Shown here in pieces: positions 45,433-58,725 of a stretch of DNA of 64,000 nt (position 1 is its first letter; every line of letters begins with the position of its first letter). The position numbers were made by a program, and so were the translations under genes. The stretch comes from Squalus acanthias (taxonomy: Eukaryota), in NCBI GenBank assembly GCA_030390025.1, contig CM059425.1:167030001-167094000 (forward strand). The letters are read 5' to 3'. A model generated the notes under the pieces. It did no database searches. It was not told the origin of the DNA and saw only the letters and a program-made list of their open reading frames with translations.

Positions 45433-47239
45433 ACATCCAGTCGTGAATGGTGGTGGACCATTAAACAACTGAAGGGAGGAGGAGGCTCCATGAACATCCC
45501 CATCCTCAATGATGGTGGAGCCCAGCATGCGAGTGCAAAAGACAAAGCTGAAGCGTTTGCAACTATCTTCAGCCAGAAGTGCCGAGTGGATGATCCATCT
45601 ATGCCGCCTCCTGAGGTCCCCACCATCACAGAAGCCAGTCTTCAGCCAATTCGATTCACTCCAAGTGACATCTAGAAACGGCTGAGTGCACTGGACACAG
45701 TAAAGGATATAGGCCCTGACAATATCCAAGCTTTCGTGCTGAGGACATGTGCTCCAGAACTAGCCGCACCTCTAGTCAAGCTGTTCCAGTATAGCTACAG
45801 CATTGGCGTCTACCCGACAATGTGGAAAACTGCTCCGGTATGTCCTGTCCACAAAAAAGCAGGACAAATCCAATCCGGCCAATTACCGCCCCACTAGGCA
45901 CAAGTAAGGAGTGTGATGGAATACTCTCCACTTGCCTGGATGAGTGCAGCTCCAACAACACTCAAGAAGCTTGACACCATCCAGGACAAAGCAGCCCACT
46001 TGATTGGCACCCCATCCACCACCTTAAACATTCACTCCCTCCACCACCAGCGCACCCTGGCTGCAGTGTGTATCATCTACAAGATGCACTGCAGCAACTT
46101 GCCAAGGCTTCTTCGACAGCACCTCTCAAACCCACAACCTCTACCACCTAGAAGCACAATGGCAGCAGGTACTGAGCCTCCAGTGTATGGTATCCATCTG
46201 ATACAAATCTAGGTGCAGAAACTTGGGCTTCTAAAAGTTGATCAAATGTTGATGGATAAATCTTCATGAATTTAAGTCCCTAGATAGATATGACAGGAGA
46301 TACACTTTTTAATAAGGGGTGCAAATCTTATAAAATGCTGGCTGCTCCATCTGTCATAATAAACGTAAGTGTTTTTCTTTAAATAAGATAGTATTGAGTG
46401 TATTACAAACCTGCTGGCTGCACATAAAATTGTTTACTCAGGCGAGTTGATTAAGGATAAGGAAATCAATGGACCAAAGTAATGATGATTTATAACACTC
46501 ATATGGAGAAATATCAATGAAAATAGAAATTATATTTTCACAGATATAACTTCACAATAGCAATGTAACATTGCAACACAACTTCAACTCATTTTCTTGA
46601 TCTCAAAAAATCCGAGAAAAATACTTTTCAGAAACCTACTGCAAGTATTTATAATGAAAACCTGGCATTATTAGCCATAATGTGCAGTAAGTGCCTCTAC
46701 CAAAACTCTTTTGTGACTTATCTGATCTGATTTAGTCATATTTATCACATACCATGGCCAAAAGGGGCATATCTTCCATTTAGAACACTGTGTAAAGAAA
46801 TGATTGTGGAAGCAAAGATCAAATGATATGACCAGGCAGTTTCCTTCGATTTTCTTCAGCTAAAAATGCTACAAACCTACTCATTACAACTTGTACTTTT
46901 TTGTTGGAACACACTGTAAATATTTTGACTATATTGGGTCAGATCTTGCTGGAAAATGAACGCTATATTAACGATGCACGCCATTATTAATCACAAATCG
47001 GCCAGTAAATTCAGGGAATTAAGATATATGCTGTGAGTTGCGAATCTCAAGAACTTACTTGTCGATTTGTGCCCCTCCACTGTTTGCTTCGCACAAATGG
47101 CATCTCACCCTTAGCCTCCCCGTTATTTTCAAGAACTTGCTGGATTTGCACATTAATTACCCATTAATCTTGCAGAACAAAAAGTTCAAACTGGTAATTA
47201 AGAGCGTAAGCACCCTTTTGATGATGTGGTAATTTTTTA

Positions 47240-49190
47240 AAAATTCATTCCTGGGATGTGGGCGTTGCAGGCACGGCCAGCATTGAGTGCCCATCCCTAA
47301 TTGCCCTTGAAAAGGTGGTGCTGAAGTCCGCGTGGTGAAGGTACTCCCACAGTGCTGTTAGGGAGGGAGTTCCAGGATTTTAACCCAGCAACGATGAAGG
47401 AACGACGATATATTTCTAAGTTAGGATGGTGTGTAGCTTGGAGGGGAACTTGGAGGTGATGGTGTTCCCATGCGCCTGCTGCCCTTGTCCTTCTAGGTGG
47501 TAGAGGTCCCAGGTTTGGGAGGTGCTGCCGAAGAATCCTTGGCGAGTTGCTGCAGTGCATCTTGTAGAAGGTACACACTGCAGCCACGGTACGCCGGTGA
47601 TGGAGGGAATTAATGTTTAAGGTGGTGGATGGGGTGCCAATCAAGCGGGCTGCTTTGTCCTGGATGGTGTCAAGCTTCTTGAATGTTGTTGGAGCTGCAC
47701 TCATCCAGGCAAGTGGAGAGTATTCCATCACACTCCTTAATTGTGGAAAGGCTTTGGGGAGTCAGGAGGTGAGACACTCGCCGCAGAATACCCAGCCTCT
47801 GACCTGCTCTTGTTGCCACAGTATTTATGTGGCTGGTCCAGTTAAGTTTCTGGTCAATGGTGACCCCCCAGGATGTTGATGGTGGGGGAGTCGGTGATGG
47901 TAATGCCATTGAATGTCAAGGGGTGGTGGTTTGACTCTTCCTTGTTGGAGATAGTCATTGCCTGGCACTTGTGTGGTGCAAATGTTACTTGCCACTTAGC
48001 AGCCCAAGCCTGAATGACATCCAGGTCTTGCTGTATGAAGGCATGGACTGCTTCATTATCTGAGGAGTTGCGAATGGAACTGACCACTGTGCAATCATCA
48101 GCGAACATCCCCATTTCTGACCTTATGTTGGTGGGAAGGTCATTGATGAAGCAGTTGAAGATGGTTGGGCCTAGGACACTGCCCTGTGGAACTCCTGCAG
48201 CGATGTCCTAGGGCTGAGATGATTGACCTCCAACAACTACAACCATCTTCCTTTGTGCTAGGTATGACTCCAGCCAGTGGAGAGTTTTCCTCCTGATTCC
48301 CATTGACTTCAATTTTATTAGGGCTGCTTGATGCCACACTCGGTCAAATGCTGCCTTGATGTCAAGGGCAGTCACTCACACCTCACCTCTGGAATTCAGC
48401 TCTTTTGTCCATGTTTAGACCAAGGCTGTAATGAGGTCTGGAACTGAGTGGTCCTGGCAGAACCCCAATTGAGCATCGGTGAGCAGGTTATTGGTGAGCA
48501 TGTGCCGCTTGATAGCACTGTCGACAATACCTTCCATCACTTTGCTGATGATTGAGAGTAGACTGATGGGGCGGTAATTGGCTGGATTGAATTTGTCCTG
48601 CTTTTTGAGGACAGGACAAACCTGAGCAGTTTTCCACATTGTCGTTTAGATGCCAGTTTTGTCGCTGTACTGGAACAGCTTGGCTAGATGCGCGACTAGT
48701 TCTGGAGCACAAGTCTTCAGCATGACAGCCGGTATATTGTCAGGGCCTTTGCTGTATCCAGTGATATCAAGCTGTTTCTTGATATCACGTGGAGTGAATC
48801 GAATTGGCTGAAGACTGGCTTCTGTGATGGTGGGGACCTCAGGAGGAGGCCGATATGGATCATTCACTCAGCACTTCTGGCTGAAGATGGTTGCAAATGC
48901 TTCAGCCTTGTCTTTTGCACTCGTGTGCTGGGCTCCGTCATCATTGAGGATGGGGATATTCATGGAGCCTCCTCCTCCTGTTAGTTGTTTAATGGTCCAC
49001 CACCATTCACGAATGGATGTGGCAGGACTGCAGAGTTTTGATATGATCCGTTGATTGTGGGATCGCTTAGCCCTGTCTATAGCATGCTGCTTCCGCTGTT
49101 TAGCATGCATGTAGTCCTGTGTTGCAGCTTCCCCAGATTGGTACCTCATTTTTAGTTATGCCTGGTGCTGCTCCTGGCATGCTCTTCTGA
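47240..49190 (-). mobile_element. LINE 3' half (MEYSP family)
   Basis: NYRPISLLSIISKVME, FADDC, MMEYSPLAW, WNSLP. Confidence 0.85.
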
Positions 49191-49490
49191 TTTAATGTCA
49201 CTTCCACCTGTTTTGGGCATGAATCAGGGAAGTGACAAAAATCTAAGTTGGGAGCTGCTGCACCCGCTGGGAGGTATCATATCAAGCATTGTGAACAACT
49301 ATTTTCCTTTCTTGTATTCACTCTCGGGATATGAGCGCGCTGGCATTTCATTGCCCATCCCTTGTTGCCTTTGAGAAGGTGGTGGCGGGCCTTCTTCTTG
49401 AGCTGCTGCAGTCCGTGTGGTGAAGTTACTTCCACACTGCTCTTAGGTAGGGAGTTCCAGGAGTTTAATCCAGCAACAATAAAGTAACAG

Positions 49491-52400
49491 TATTGTGGCT
49501 GCCGCGAACCACGAATTGAGGCCGAGTCAATATGTGGAGCACATGGCTTTTAATTACATACTCCTTGGCAAAATGACTGCTACAACTTCTCTCTGCAAAA
49601 CTCTACTGGTTGAGGGCGACACCCGCTCTTTTTAAGTTCACACTGAGGGCGACGCCCACTCCTTTTTTCATGCCTTAAAGGCAGCATGCGCCTTAAAGGC
49701 AAGGTGCCCAATTTATTGTCCACGGACGGAAAAGTGGATTGCGCCCGTTTAGGTGGCGATCCGCCACACAGCTCCCCCCAGAATCCGCTTAGGAGGTGTG
49801 GACGAGATGGTGCGGCGGTCTGATGGGCCGGCCGGAGCAGCTCTTGTAGGACGCCGGTGGACGTGGAACGGCCGGGCGTGGAGCAGCTGGGTGAACTGGC
49901 TTGAGGGCAGGTCGGCCGCATGGCGGTGGACGAGCTACAGGGACCTGCTCACCGGGCTCCGAGTGTGCTGGCTTGAGTCGGTCAACCGACACTTTTTCGG
50001 TCCTGTCGCCCACTTGCAGGGTGAAATATTTGTCCTCAGCCTATAGCACCTTGTAGGGCCCGTCGTACGGGGGTTGAATGGGTCCGCGGTGGGAGTCGTG
50101 CCGGACGAAAACGAACCGTGCCTGGTGCAGGCTTAGTGGGACGTGTGAGGTGGATTCGCCGTGTCGGGCAATGGGCACCGGGGTGAACTGTAGCGCCGGT
50201 GAGGCGAAGTCGTGGCGTTGCTGGTCAGCTGACCAGGGTGTCGTGGCGGTGGGCAGGAACTCGACGGGTACGCGCAGTGGCTGACCGTACACGAGCTCTG
50301 CTGCCGATGCGTGGAGGTCTTCTTTAACCGCGGTGCGCAGGCCAAGGAGGACCCATGGGAGTCGGTCGGTCCAGGCGCCGTCCTGGAGGCTGGCTCGAAG
50401 AGATGCCTTCAAGGATCTGTGGAACCGCTCACACAGTCCGTTGGCTTGGGGGTGGTACGCTGTGGTGCGGTGAATGGTCACCCCGAGATTGCGTGCGACG
50501 GCGGTCCAGAGTTCAGAGGTAAATTGCGGACCTCTGTCCGACGTCATGTCGGAGGGGACGCTTAACCGTGCGACCCAGGTGCTGATGAAGGCTCTGGCGA
50601 TGTCGGTGGTGGTGGTAGAGGTCAGTGGAATTGCCTCGGGCCAGCGCGTGGTGCGGTCAATGATCGTCAGCAAGTGCGTGTGGCCTTGCGATGGCGACAG
50701 GGGCCCGACGATGTCCACGTGGATGTGGTCGAATCTACGCGAAGGGACGGTAAACTCCTCGAGGGGTGCTTTTATGTGTTGCTGCACCTTGGCCCATTGG
50801 CAGGCTAGGCAGGAGTTGGCCCAAGTACGCACATCCTGCGAAGGCCGCGCCAGACGAAGTGGTTGGCTACCAATTTGATGGATGTGCGGGCACCGAGGTG
50901 GGAGAGGTTGTGGAGAATCTCGAATACCCGGCGGCGCCAGGACGCTGGGACGACGGGCCGAGGTTGACATAGGGATATGTCGCACTTAACCGTGACTGCG
51001 GTCGGGCCACAGGCGACGTCGGCCAGGCGTAGCCCTGGTAGGTTGGTAGGTGCAGAGAGCAGATCAGGGTCGGTGATCTGGTCTGCTGCGAGTTGAGCGT
51101 AGTCGACTGCCAGGTGTGCGGCATGGATGGCGGGGCGGGAGAGGCAGTCAGCTACCACATTGTCTCGGCCGGAGACGTGTTGGATGTCCGTGGTGAACTC
51201 GGACACTGCCGCGAGCTGGCGCTGCTGCCTGGCGGACCAGGGGTCGGTTGTCTTTGCCATTGCGAATGTCAGGGGTTTGTGGTCGACAAACGCAGTGAAG
51301 GGGTGGCCCTCCAGCAAAAAACGAAAATGGCGGACCGCCAGGAACAGCGCGAGGAGCTCGCAGTCGAAGGTGCTGTACTTGACCTCCGGGGGGCGTAGTT
51401 GGCGGCTGAAGAAGGCAAGTGGTTGCCAGGCGCCGTCGACCCACTGCTCATACACGGCGCCGACCGCGTGGTCGGAGGCGTCCGTGGTGAGCGCTACCCT
51501 GGCATTGGGCCGTGGGTGCGCGAGCAGGGTAGCGTTGGCGAGCGCGGTCTTGGTGGAGTCGAAGGCGGCTGACGCGTCTGCCGTCCATTCGACCGCCATC
51601 TTGCTGCTCCTGCCCTGGAGGGCTTCATACAGGGGCCTCATGAGGGATGCCGCTTTGGGGATGAAGCGGTTGTACAAATTCACCATCCCGAGGAACTCCT
51701 GGAGGCCTTTGATGGTGGTGGGGCGGGGAAATTGTTGGACGGCCTGCACCTTGGTGGGCAGGGGAATGGCCCCAGCATGGGTGATGTGGTGGCCGAGGAA
51801 GTCGATCTTGTCCAGGCCGAACTGGCATTTGGCTGGGCTGAGGATGAGCCTGTGGTCGCTGAGGCGCCCGAACAGGATGCAAAGGTGTTCGAGGTGTTCC
51901 TGCTTGGAGGAACTGGCTACCAGGATGTCGTCCAGGCAGACGAACAGGAACTTCAGGTCCCGAAGGACCGAGTCCATGAGCCGTTGGAATGCCTGGGCCG
52001 CGTTTTTGAGGCCGAAGGGCATCCGCAGGAACTCGAAAAGGCCGAAGGGGGTGATTACAGCCGTCTTGGGGACGTCCGCAGGGTGGACGAGGACTTGGTG
52101 GTAGCCGCGCACCAGGTCGACCTTGGAAAAGACTGAGCGGCCGGCCAGTCTAGCCGAGAAGTCCTGGATGTGCGGCACGGGGTACCGATCAGGGGTGGTG
52201 GCGTCGTTGAGGCGGCGGTAATCCCCGCAGGGGCGCCAACCCCCGCCTGGTTTGGGGGCGATGTGGAGTGGGGAGGCCCAGGGACTGTTGGAGCGGCGGA
52301 TGATGCCGAGCTGTTCCATGGTGGCAAACTCGGTCCGCGCGATCTCCAGTTTGGCCGGGTCCAGCCTGCGGGCGTGGGTGTACACTGGGGGGCCTGTGGT

Positions 52401-53918
52401 GGGGATGAAGTGTTCCACCCCGTGTTTGGCGGCCTCCGCGGAGAAGGTCGGATTGGTAAGGGCCGGGAATTCGGCCAGGAGTGCCGAGTAGTCATCCGTG
52501 GCCCGGGCGTGGCACTGTGACGCCATGTCGGCGGGTTGACGGGGGGCCATGGCACCCAGGATGGGGGACATGGTGTTCATGTCCACGAGGCGGTGTCGAG
52601 GGATGTCTACCAGTAGGCCGTGGGCGCACAGGAAATCTGCGTCGATGAGAGGGGAGAGCACCTTGGCAGTGATGAACTCCTATCGGTAGCGGCGACCAGC
52701 GAGGTCGAGGGTGACTGTGCGGGTGCCGTACGTCCGGATGACCGAGCCGTTAGCAGCAGCCAGCACCGGTCCTCGTTTGCCCTTTTGGATGTCGAGGGTG
52801 GAGGCCGGGATGATGCTGTGCTGAGCTACAGTGTTGCACAGGAACCGGCGGCCGGTTTTGTCATCCATGACGTACAGCAGGGAGCCCGCGTGGCCCATGG
52901 CCATCGCGGGGGCTGGTACGGGGGCGGACTTGAAGGAGCAGGGAGGTGTGCACCGTTGTGCCCTGGCGCCGAACCGTGCGTCGTAGTAACAGTGGCCCGG
53001 GTTAGTGGGGCGCGAAGGCCCCGTGAGCCCAGTGGCTGGGCCTTGTGGCCGCGTGGTGGCCGGTGAGGGGCGCGCCCAGGCAGTTGCTGCCAGGTCCGGA
53101 GTGACGTCGCGGCTGGAGTGAGTGGACAGCAGCTTGTCGACCTCATCGGCCAGGGCTTCCAGGTCCGTGAGGCCGGACGCCACGATCGCTGGGCGGATGC
53201 TGAGAGGTAGCTGGCGGATGAACAGCGTGCATAAGAGGGATCCGGGTGGGCTCTCGTCGGTGAGGGAGAGCATGTGGGAGAGGAGGTCTGACGGTGAGGC
53301 ATCACCGATGCCTGGAAGGTCGAGGAGGTGGCAGTTTCGCTGGTATGTCGAGGCCGTAAATTTTTTAGGGAGCGCGGCCTTTAGATGTGCATACTTGCCC
53401 TCCTCTGGTGGGTTCTGCAGCGCTGTCCAGACCTTCGTAACTGTGGAGCTACCGAGTGATGTGACGAGGTAGTCGTACTTCGTCCCATCTGTGGTGATGT
53501 GTCGCAGCCGGAATCGGGACTCGGCTTGGAGGAACCAGGCTTCAGGCTAGTTTTCCCAAAACTCCGGCAGTTTCACGGAAACTGCGTTCGTGTCTGCCAT
53601 TGCAGTGCTCGGGATACTTTCTGAGCGTCGGGGTCACCAATATAGTGGCTGCCGCGAAGCACAAATTGAGGCCGAGTCAATAGGTGGAGCACATGGCTTT
53701 TAATTACATACTCCTTGGCAAAATGGCTGCTACAACTTCTCTCTGCAAAACTCTACTGGTTGAGGGCGACGCCCGCTCTTTTTAAGTTCACACTGAGGGC
53801 GACGCCCACTCCTTTTTTCATGCCTTAAAGGCAGCATGCGCCTTAAAGGCAAGGTGCCCGATTTATTGTCCACAGACGGAAAAGTGGATTGCGCCCATTT
53901 AGGTGGCGATCCACCACA
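49491..53918 (-). mobile_element. Full-length Ty3/Gypsy LTR retrotransposon, disabled
   Basis: ~278-bp LTRs (49491-49768, 53641-53918), ACAG TSD, tRNA-Trp PBS TGGTGACCCCGACG (53626-53639), G-rich PPT. gag starts MADTNAVSVKLPEFWEN*; RT, RNase H and integrase with GPY motif present, with stops and frameshifts. Confidence 0.93.
50041..52900 (-). pseudogene. pol: Gypsy pol (PR-RT-RH-IN), disrupted
   Basis: RMPFGLKNA, CLDD in place of YLDD, TDASD, FVDHKPL, HVDIVGP, SDRGPQF, YHPQANGLCER, YDGPY; protease motif degenerate (FLCNTVA); split over several ORFs. Confidence 0.9.
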
Positions 53919-54431
53919 ACAGCAATATATTTTCTAGTCGAGATGGTGTGTGACTTGGAGGGGAACTTTGAGTTCCCATGCGCCTGCTGCCCTTGTCCTT
54001 CCAGGTGGTAGAGGTCGCGGGTTTGGGAGTTGCTGTCAAAGAAGCCTTGACGAGTTGCTGCAGTGCCTCTTGTAGGTGGTACACACTGCAGCCACGGTGC
54101 ACCGGTGATGGAGGGAGCAGATGTTTAAGCTGGTGGATGGGGTACTGATCAAACAGACTGTATTGTCTTGGATAGTGTCGAGCTTCTTGAGTGTTGTTGC
54201 AGCTGCACGCATCCACACAAGTGGAGAGTATTCCATCGCACTCCTGACTTGTGCCTTGTAGATGGTGCAGAGGCTTTGGGGAGTCAGGAGGTGAGCCACT
54301 TTGCGTAGAATTCCCAGCCTCTGAACTGCTCTTGTAGCCACAGTATTTATGTGGCTGGACCAGTTGAGGTTCATATCAATCATGACCCATAGGATGTTGA
54401 TAGTGGGGGATTCAATAATGGTAATACAGTA

Positions 54432-55000
54432 CAGTAGCATAGTGGTTATGTTACTGGACTAGTAATCTGGAGATCTGGACTAATGATCCAGAGATTCAAA
54501 TCCCACCATGGCAGCTGGGGAATTTAAATTCAGTCAATTAAATAAATCTGGAATAAAAAGCTATTATCAGTAATGGTAACAATGAAATTGACTTATTAGC
54601 TAGAGAGCTTTTACCAGATGGTAGAGTTCTCTTGACTACAAAAAGTTGCACATGGTGCACATGGTACATTTATCAGTAATGGTGACCATGAAACTATCGG
54701 ATTGTTGTAAAAAAAAAACATGTGGTTCACTAATGTCCTATTAGGGAAGGACTTTACCCGGTCTAGCTGAAATGTGACTCCAGACCCACAGCAATGTGGT
54801 TGATTCTTAACTGCCCTCTGAAATGGCCGAGCAAGCCACTCAGTTGTACCAAACTGCTATGTCAAAATCAGCACTGTGGGAGTACCTTCACCACATGGAC
54901 TGCAGCAGTTCAAGAAGGTGGCTCACCACTACCTTCTCAAGGGATTAGGGATGGGCAATAAATGCTAGCCTGGCCAGCAATGCTAACATCCCAACAACGA
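54432..55000 (+). mobile_element. SINE-like element: tRNA-like head plus 3' tail of the MEYSP-family LINE
   Basis: Head matches 41484-41810; tail matches 38530-38635. Confidence 0.75.
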
Positions 55001-55169
55001 ATACATTTTAAAAAATACCGTTTTATGTCAAGAGGAGGTGGTTCGGTTCTCTCTTGTTGGAGATGGTTATTGCCTGGCACTCGTGTGGCATGAATATTAC
55101 TTGCCATTTAGCAGCCTAAACCTAGATGTTGTCCGGGTCTTGCTGCATGTGGGCATGGACTGCTTCATT

Positions 55170-55900
55170 TACTGAGGAATTTCAAAGGGAGATTTAGCAG
55201 ACATTGTTTCAAAATGCATTAGCTGCATGCCACACTTTTCTTGAATGTGGGAGTGGAAGTCAAGAAATAGTAAATAAGCTGAGGCATCAAAGCCAGGTGC
55301 TCCTCTGGGTTTCTCAGTGCAGTCAGCAGCCATGGATGCAGAGGATAGCCCCATTTCCTGCAAGTCATCCATCCAAGTAATATGGGCATTGTTGAATAAT
55401 GAAGGTATCATGGCTGTTTCCTGGATAACGGCTGATTATGTGTATGATGACGTCTTTATGGTCAGGTATCACCCCAGCTTTAATTGAGTGCAAACCTTTT
55501 CTCTTCAAGAAGAATATGTGGTTGTGCCTTGATACCCACATGGGTACCATGTGCAACTCTTTGTAGTCAAGAGAACTCTACCATCTGGTAAAAGCTGTGT
55601 GTCCTGCCTAGCTAATGCCTCATTTCCACAGGAACAGTGAAGTAAGGTGATACCCTTTGCAAACATGGTCATTGCCGCCACTGATATAGGTGTGCAGTGC
55701 AAACTGCCTGATGTGGCAGATATCTTTTGGGGTGGCTTGGAAGAAATCATGAAACCTTCATACTGTGGTAACCTTCACTTCTATAGGAAACACCATCCCT
55801 GAGTCAATGTTGTGCACAGATATATGTGCAGCAGATGACACACTCTGTGGCAGCCTGTCTTGTGAAACAGAGGTGGTGATGACGTTACTCTTCTGACATG
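55170..55900 (-). pseudogene. Decayed Harbinger transposase
   Basis: FLKRKGLHSI...RYPGNSHDTFI. Confidence 0.6.
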
Positions 55901-56444
55901 AGGTAGTGACGGGTGTGGCCAAAACACCCGAGTGGTCATTACACCAATATTGTTGGTCTCTCTTGAACTCCTTTTCCTTACCTCAATACTTCAGTATGTT
56001 CAAAACCCTTAAAAGAATGCCCATCCTCCCCTCTTCAGAAAGTACCATGTCAAAAACTATTGGTGGGGAAAGAAATCTAAAAATGGAATAATGGAGGCCT
56101 GCCCAGCAAAACTAAGTAATGCATTGAACAAAATGCATCAATGGGAATAATAGACTGCCAAATCATCTTCATAAAACCTACCTTCCCCCTTCAAGAAGTT
56201 TGCTTCACCAGCCAAACCTCAGGACTTTTGTAGACCAGAAAGTTTACTAATGAATTTTAACAGTTAAATAAGATCACACATGCTGGTAGTGTGGCCTTGT
56301 TGATTGACTCCAAAATGTGTCTTGTATAATTGGGTGTAAAATGAATCAGGTACATGAGATTATGCATCCAATTTTGCAACCTTCAACAGCAGAGTGCAAA
56401 CCCCAACAATGACTCCAGGCCTCACAAAATTCATCATGTTATAA

Positions 56445-58172
56445 GAACATGAGAACATAAGAAATAGGAGCAAGAGTAGGCCATTCGGCCCTTCGAGACT
56501 GCGCTGCCACTCAGTAAGATAATGGCTGATCTTCTACCTCATCTTCACTTTCCTGCACTATCCCCATATTCCTTGATTCCCTTAATATTCAAAAATCTAT
56601 CTATCTCTGTCTTGAATATACTCAACGACTGAGCCTCCACAGCCCTCCGGGGTAGAGAATTCCAAAGATTCACCACCCTCTGAGTGAAGAAATTTCTCCT
56701 CATCTCAGTCCTAAATGGCCGACCCCTTATTCTGAGACTGTGACCCCTGGTCCTAGACTCCCCAGCCAGGAGAAACATCCTTCATGCATCTACCCTGTCA
56801 AGCCCTGTAGGAACTTTGTATGTTTCAATGAGATCACCTCTCATTCTTCTAAACTCTGGAGAATATAGGCCTAGTCTATTCAATCTCTCCTCATAGGACA
56901 ATCCCCCCATCCCAGGAATCAGTCTGGTGAACCTTTGTTGCGCTCCCTCTATGGCAAGTATATCCTTCCTTAGGTAAGGAGACCAAAACTGTACACAATA
57001 CACCAGGTATGGTCTCACCAGGGCCCTATATAATTGCAGTAAGATGTCTTTACTCTTATACTCAAATCCTCTTGTAATAAAGGCCAACATATCATTTGCT
57101 TTCCTAATTGCTTGCTGTACCTGCATGTTAACTTTCAGTGATTCATGTACAAGGACACCCAGGTCCCTCTGAACACCAACATTTCCCAATCTCTCACCAT
57201 TTAAAAAGTACTCTGCTTTTCTATTTTCCCTACCAATGTGGATAACTTCATATTTCTCTACATTATATTCCATTTGCCATGTTCTTGCCCACTCACTTAG
57301 CCTGTCTATATCCCCCTGAAGCCTCCTTGCATCCTGTTCACAACTTACATTCCCACCTAGCTTTGTATCATCAGCAAACTTGGATATATTACATTTGGTC
57401 CCCTCATCCAAATTATTGATGTAGATTGTGAATAGCTGAGGCCCAAGCACTGATCCTTGTGGTACTCCACTAGTTATAGCCTGCCAACCCGAAAATGACC
57501 AGTTTATTCCTACTCTCTGTTTTCTGTCCGTTAACCAATCCTCAGTCCATGCTAGTATATTACCCCCAATCCCTTGAGCCCTAATTTTGTTTAATAACCT
57601 CTTGTGTGGCAACTTATCGAATGCCTTCTGAAAATCCAAATACACCACATCCACTGGTTCCCCCTTATCTATTCTGCTAGTTACAACCTCAAAAAACTCT
57701 AACAGATTTGTCAAACACGATTTCCCTTTCATAAATCCGTGTTGACTCTGCCCAATCCTATTATTATTTTCTAAGTGCCCTGTTACTACGTCCTTAATAA
57801 TAGATTCTAGCATTGTCCCTAATACTGATGTCAGGCTAACTGGTCTATAGTTCCCCATTTTCTCTCTCCCTCCTTTCTTAAATAGTGGGGTTACATTTGC
57901 TACCTTCCAATCTGCGGGAACCGTTCTAGAATCTATGAAATTTTGGAAAATGACAACCAATGCATCCACTACCTCTATAGCCACCTCTTTCAAAACCCTA
58001 GGATGTAGGCCATCAGGTCCAGGGGATTTATTGGCTTTCAGTCCCAATAATCTCTCCAGTACTATTTTTTTACTAATACTAATTTCTTTCAGTTCCTCAT
58101 TCTCGCTAGACCATTGGTTCTCCACTATTTCCGTAAAGTTTTTTGCATCTTCTTCCATGAAGACAGACACAA
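56445..58172 (-). mobile_element. CR1 LINE ORF2 (RT) fragment
   Basis: 520-aa ORF with complete RT motifs; (AGAACAT)n tail. Confidence 0.92.
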
Positions 58173-58725
58173 AGGCCGCAAATTTAATCGAGCTCAGAGG
58201 GCGGGTTTGGAGGTGAAATAAAACATTGCAGAGAAAAGACTTCTCATGCTGAATAAAGGATACCTTGTCTGTTAGCTGTCGGTGCTGAGAGTTCACAGGC
58301 CTGGGATATGACACGAGGCGGATGGTAGAAACCATGAGGCACAAAAGCCTTTATGGGGGTTCCCATTACTTATCGCGCCGTCTCAATTAAAAATCCAGAA
58401 AGGAGAAATTTAAAAAGAGCTCAGGGCCTTTGCTTCCAACCCTTTCACTCTCCCCCCATGTCTCTCGTTTGCCTGACTCCGCAAATTGTGACTTTGGGGA
58501 ATTTTACACCAAAGTTTCGAATGTGCTTTAACTTTAACAAGGACTTATTATCAAAGACTGCGGTAAGGTAAGAAAATCTAAAAAATTGACGGTGGATTGC
58601 GAACCTGCTGCCATCCCGCCTCCACGTTACTTTGGCAAGTGTCGGGTCAGCAATTCCCGATCTGACCTGACACCAAACGGCAGGAGAGCCACTTAAGGCA
58701 GTTAACAGCTTGTTAACTGCCTTGA

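Larger units (their letters stand above)
41484..46170 (+). mobile_element. LINE (MEYSP family) with tRNA-like 5' head and APE endonuclease, interrupted by CR1 at 42655-45432
   Basis: A-box TAGCATAGTGG, B-box GAGTTCAAATCC, then WGLVP.LGELS/ILTESYL, DFNVHH, SDRRTV; resumes at ~45432. Confidence 0.75.

Noticed and set aside
51127..52104. 325-aa plus-strand ORF
   Set aside because: Antisense shadow of the GC-rich Gypsy pol
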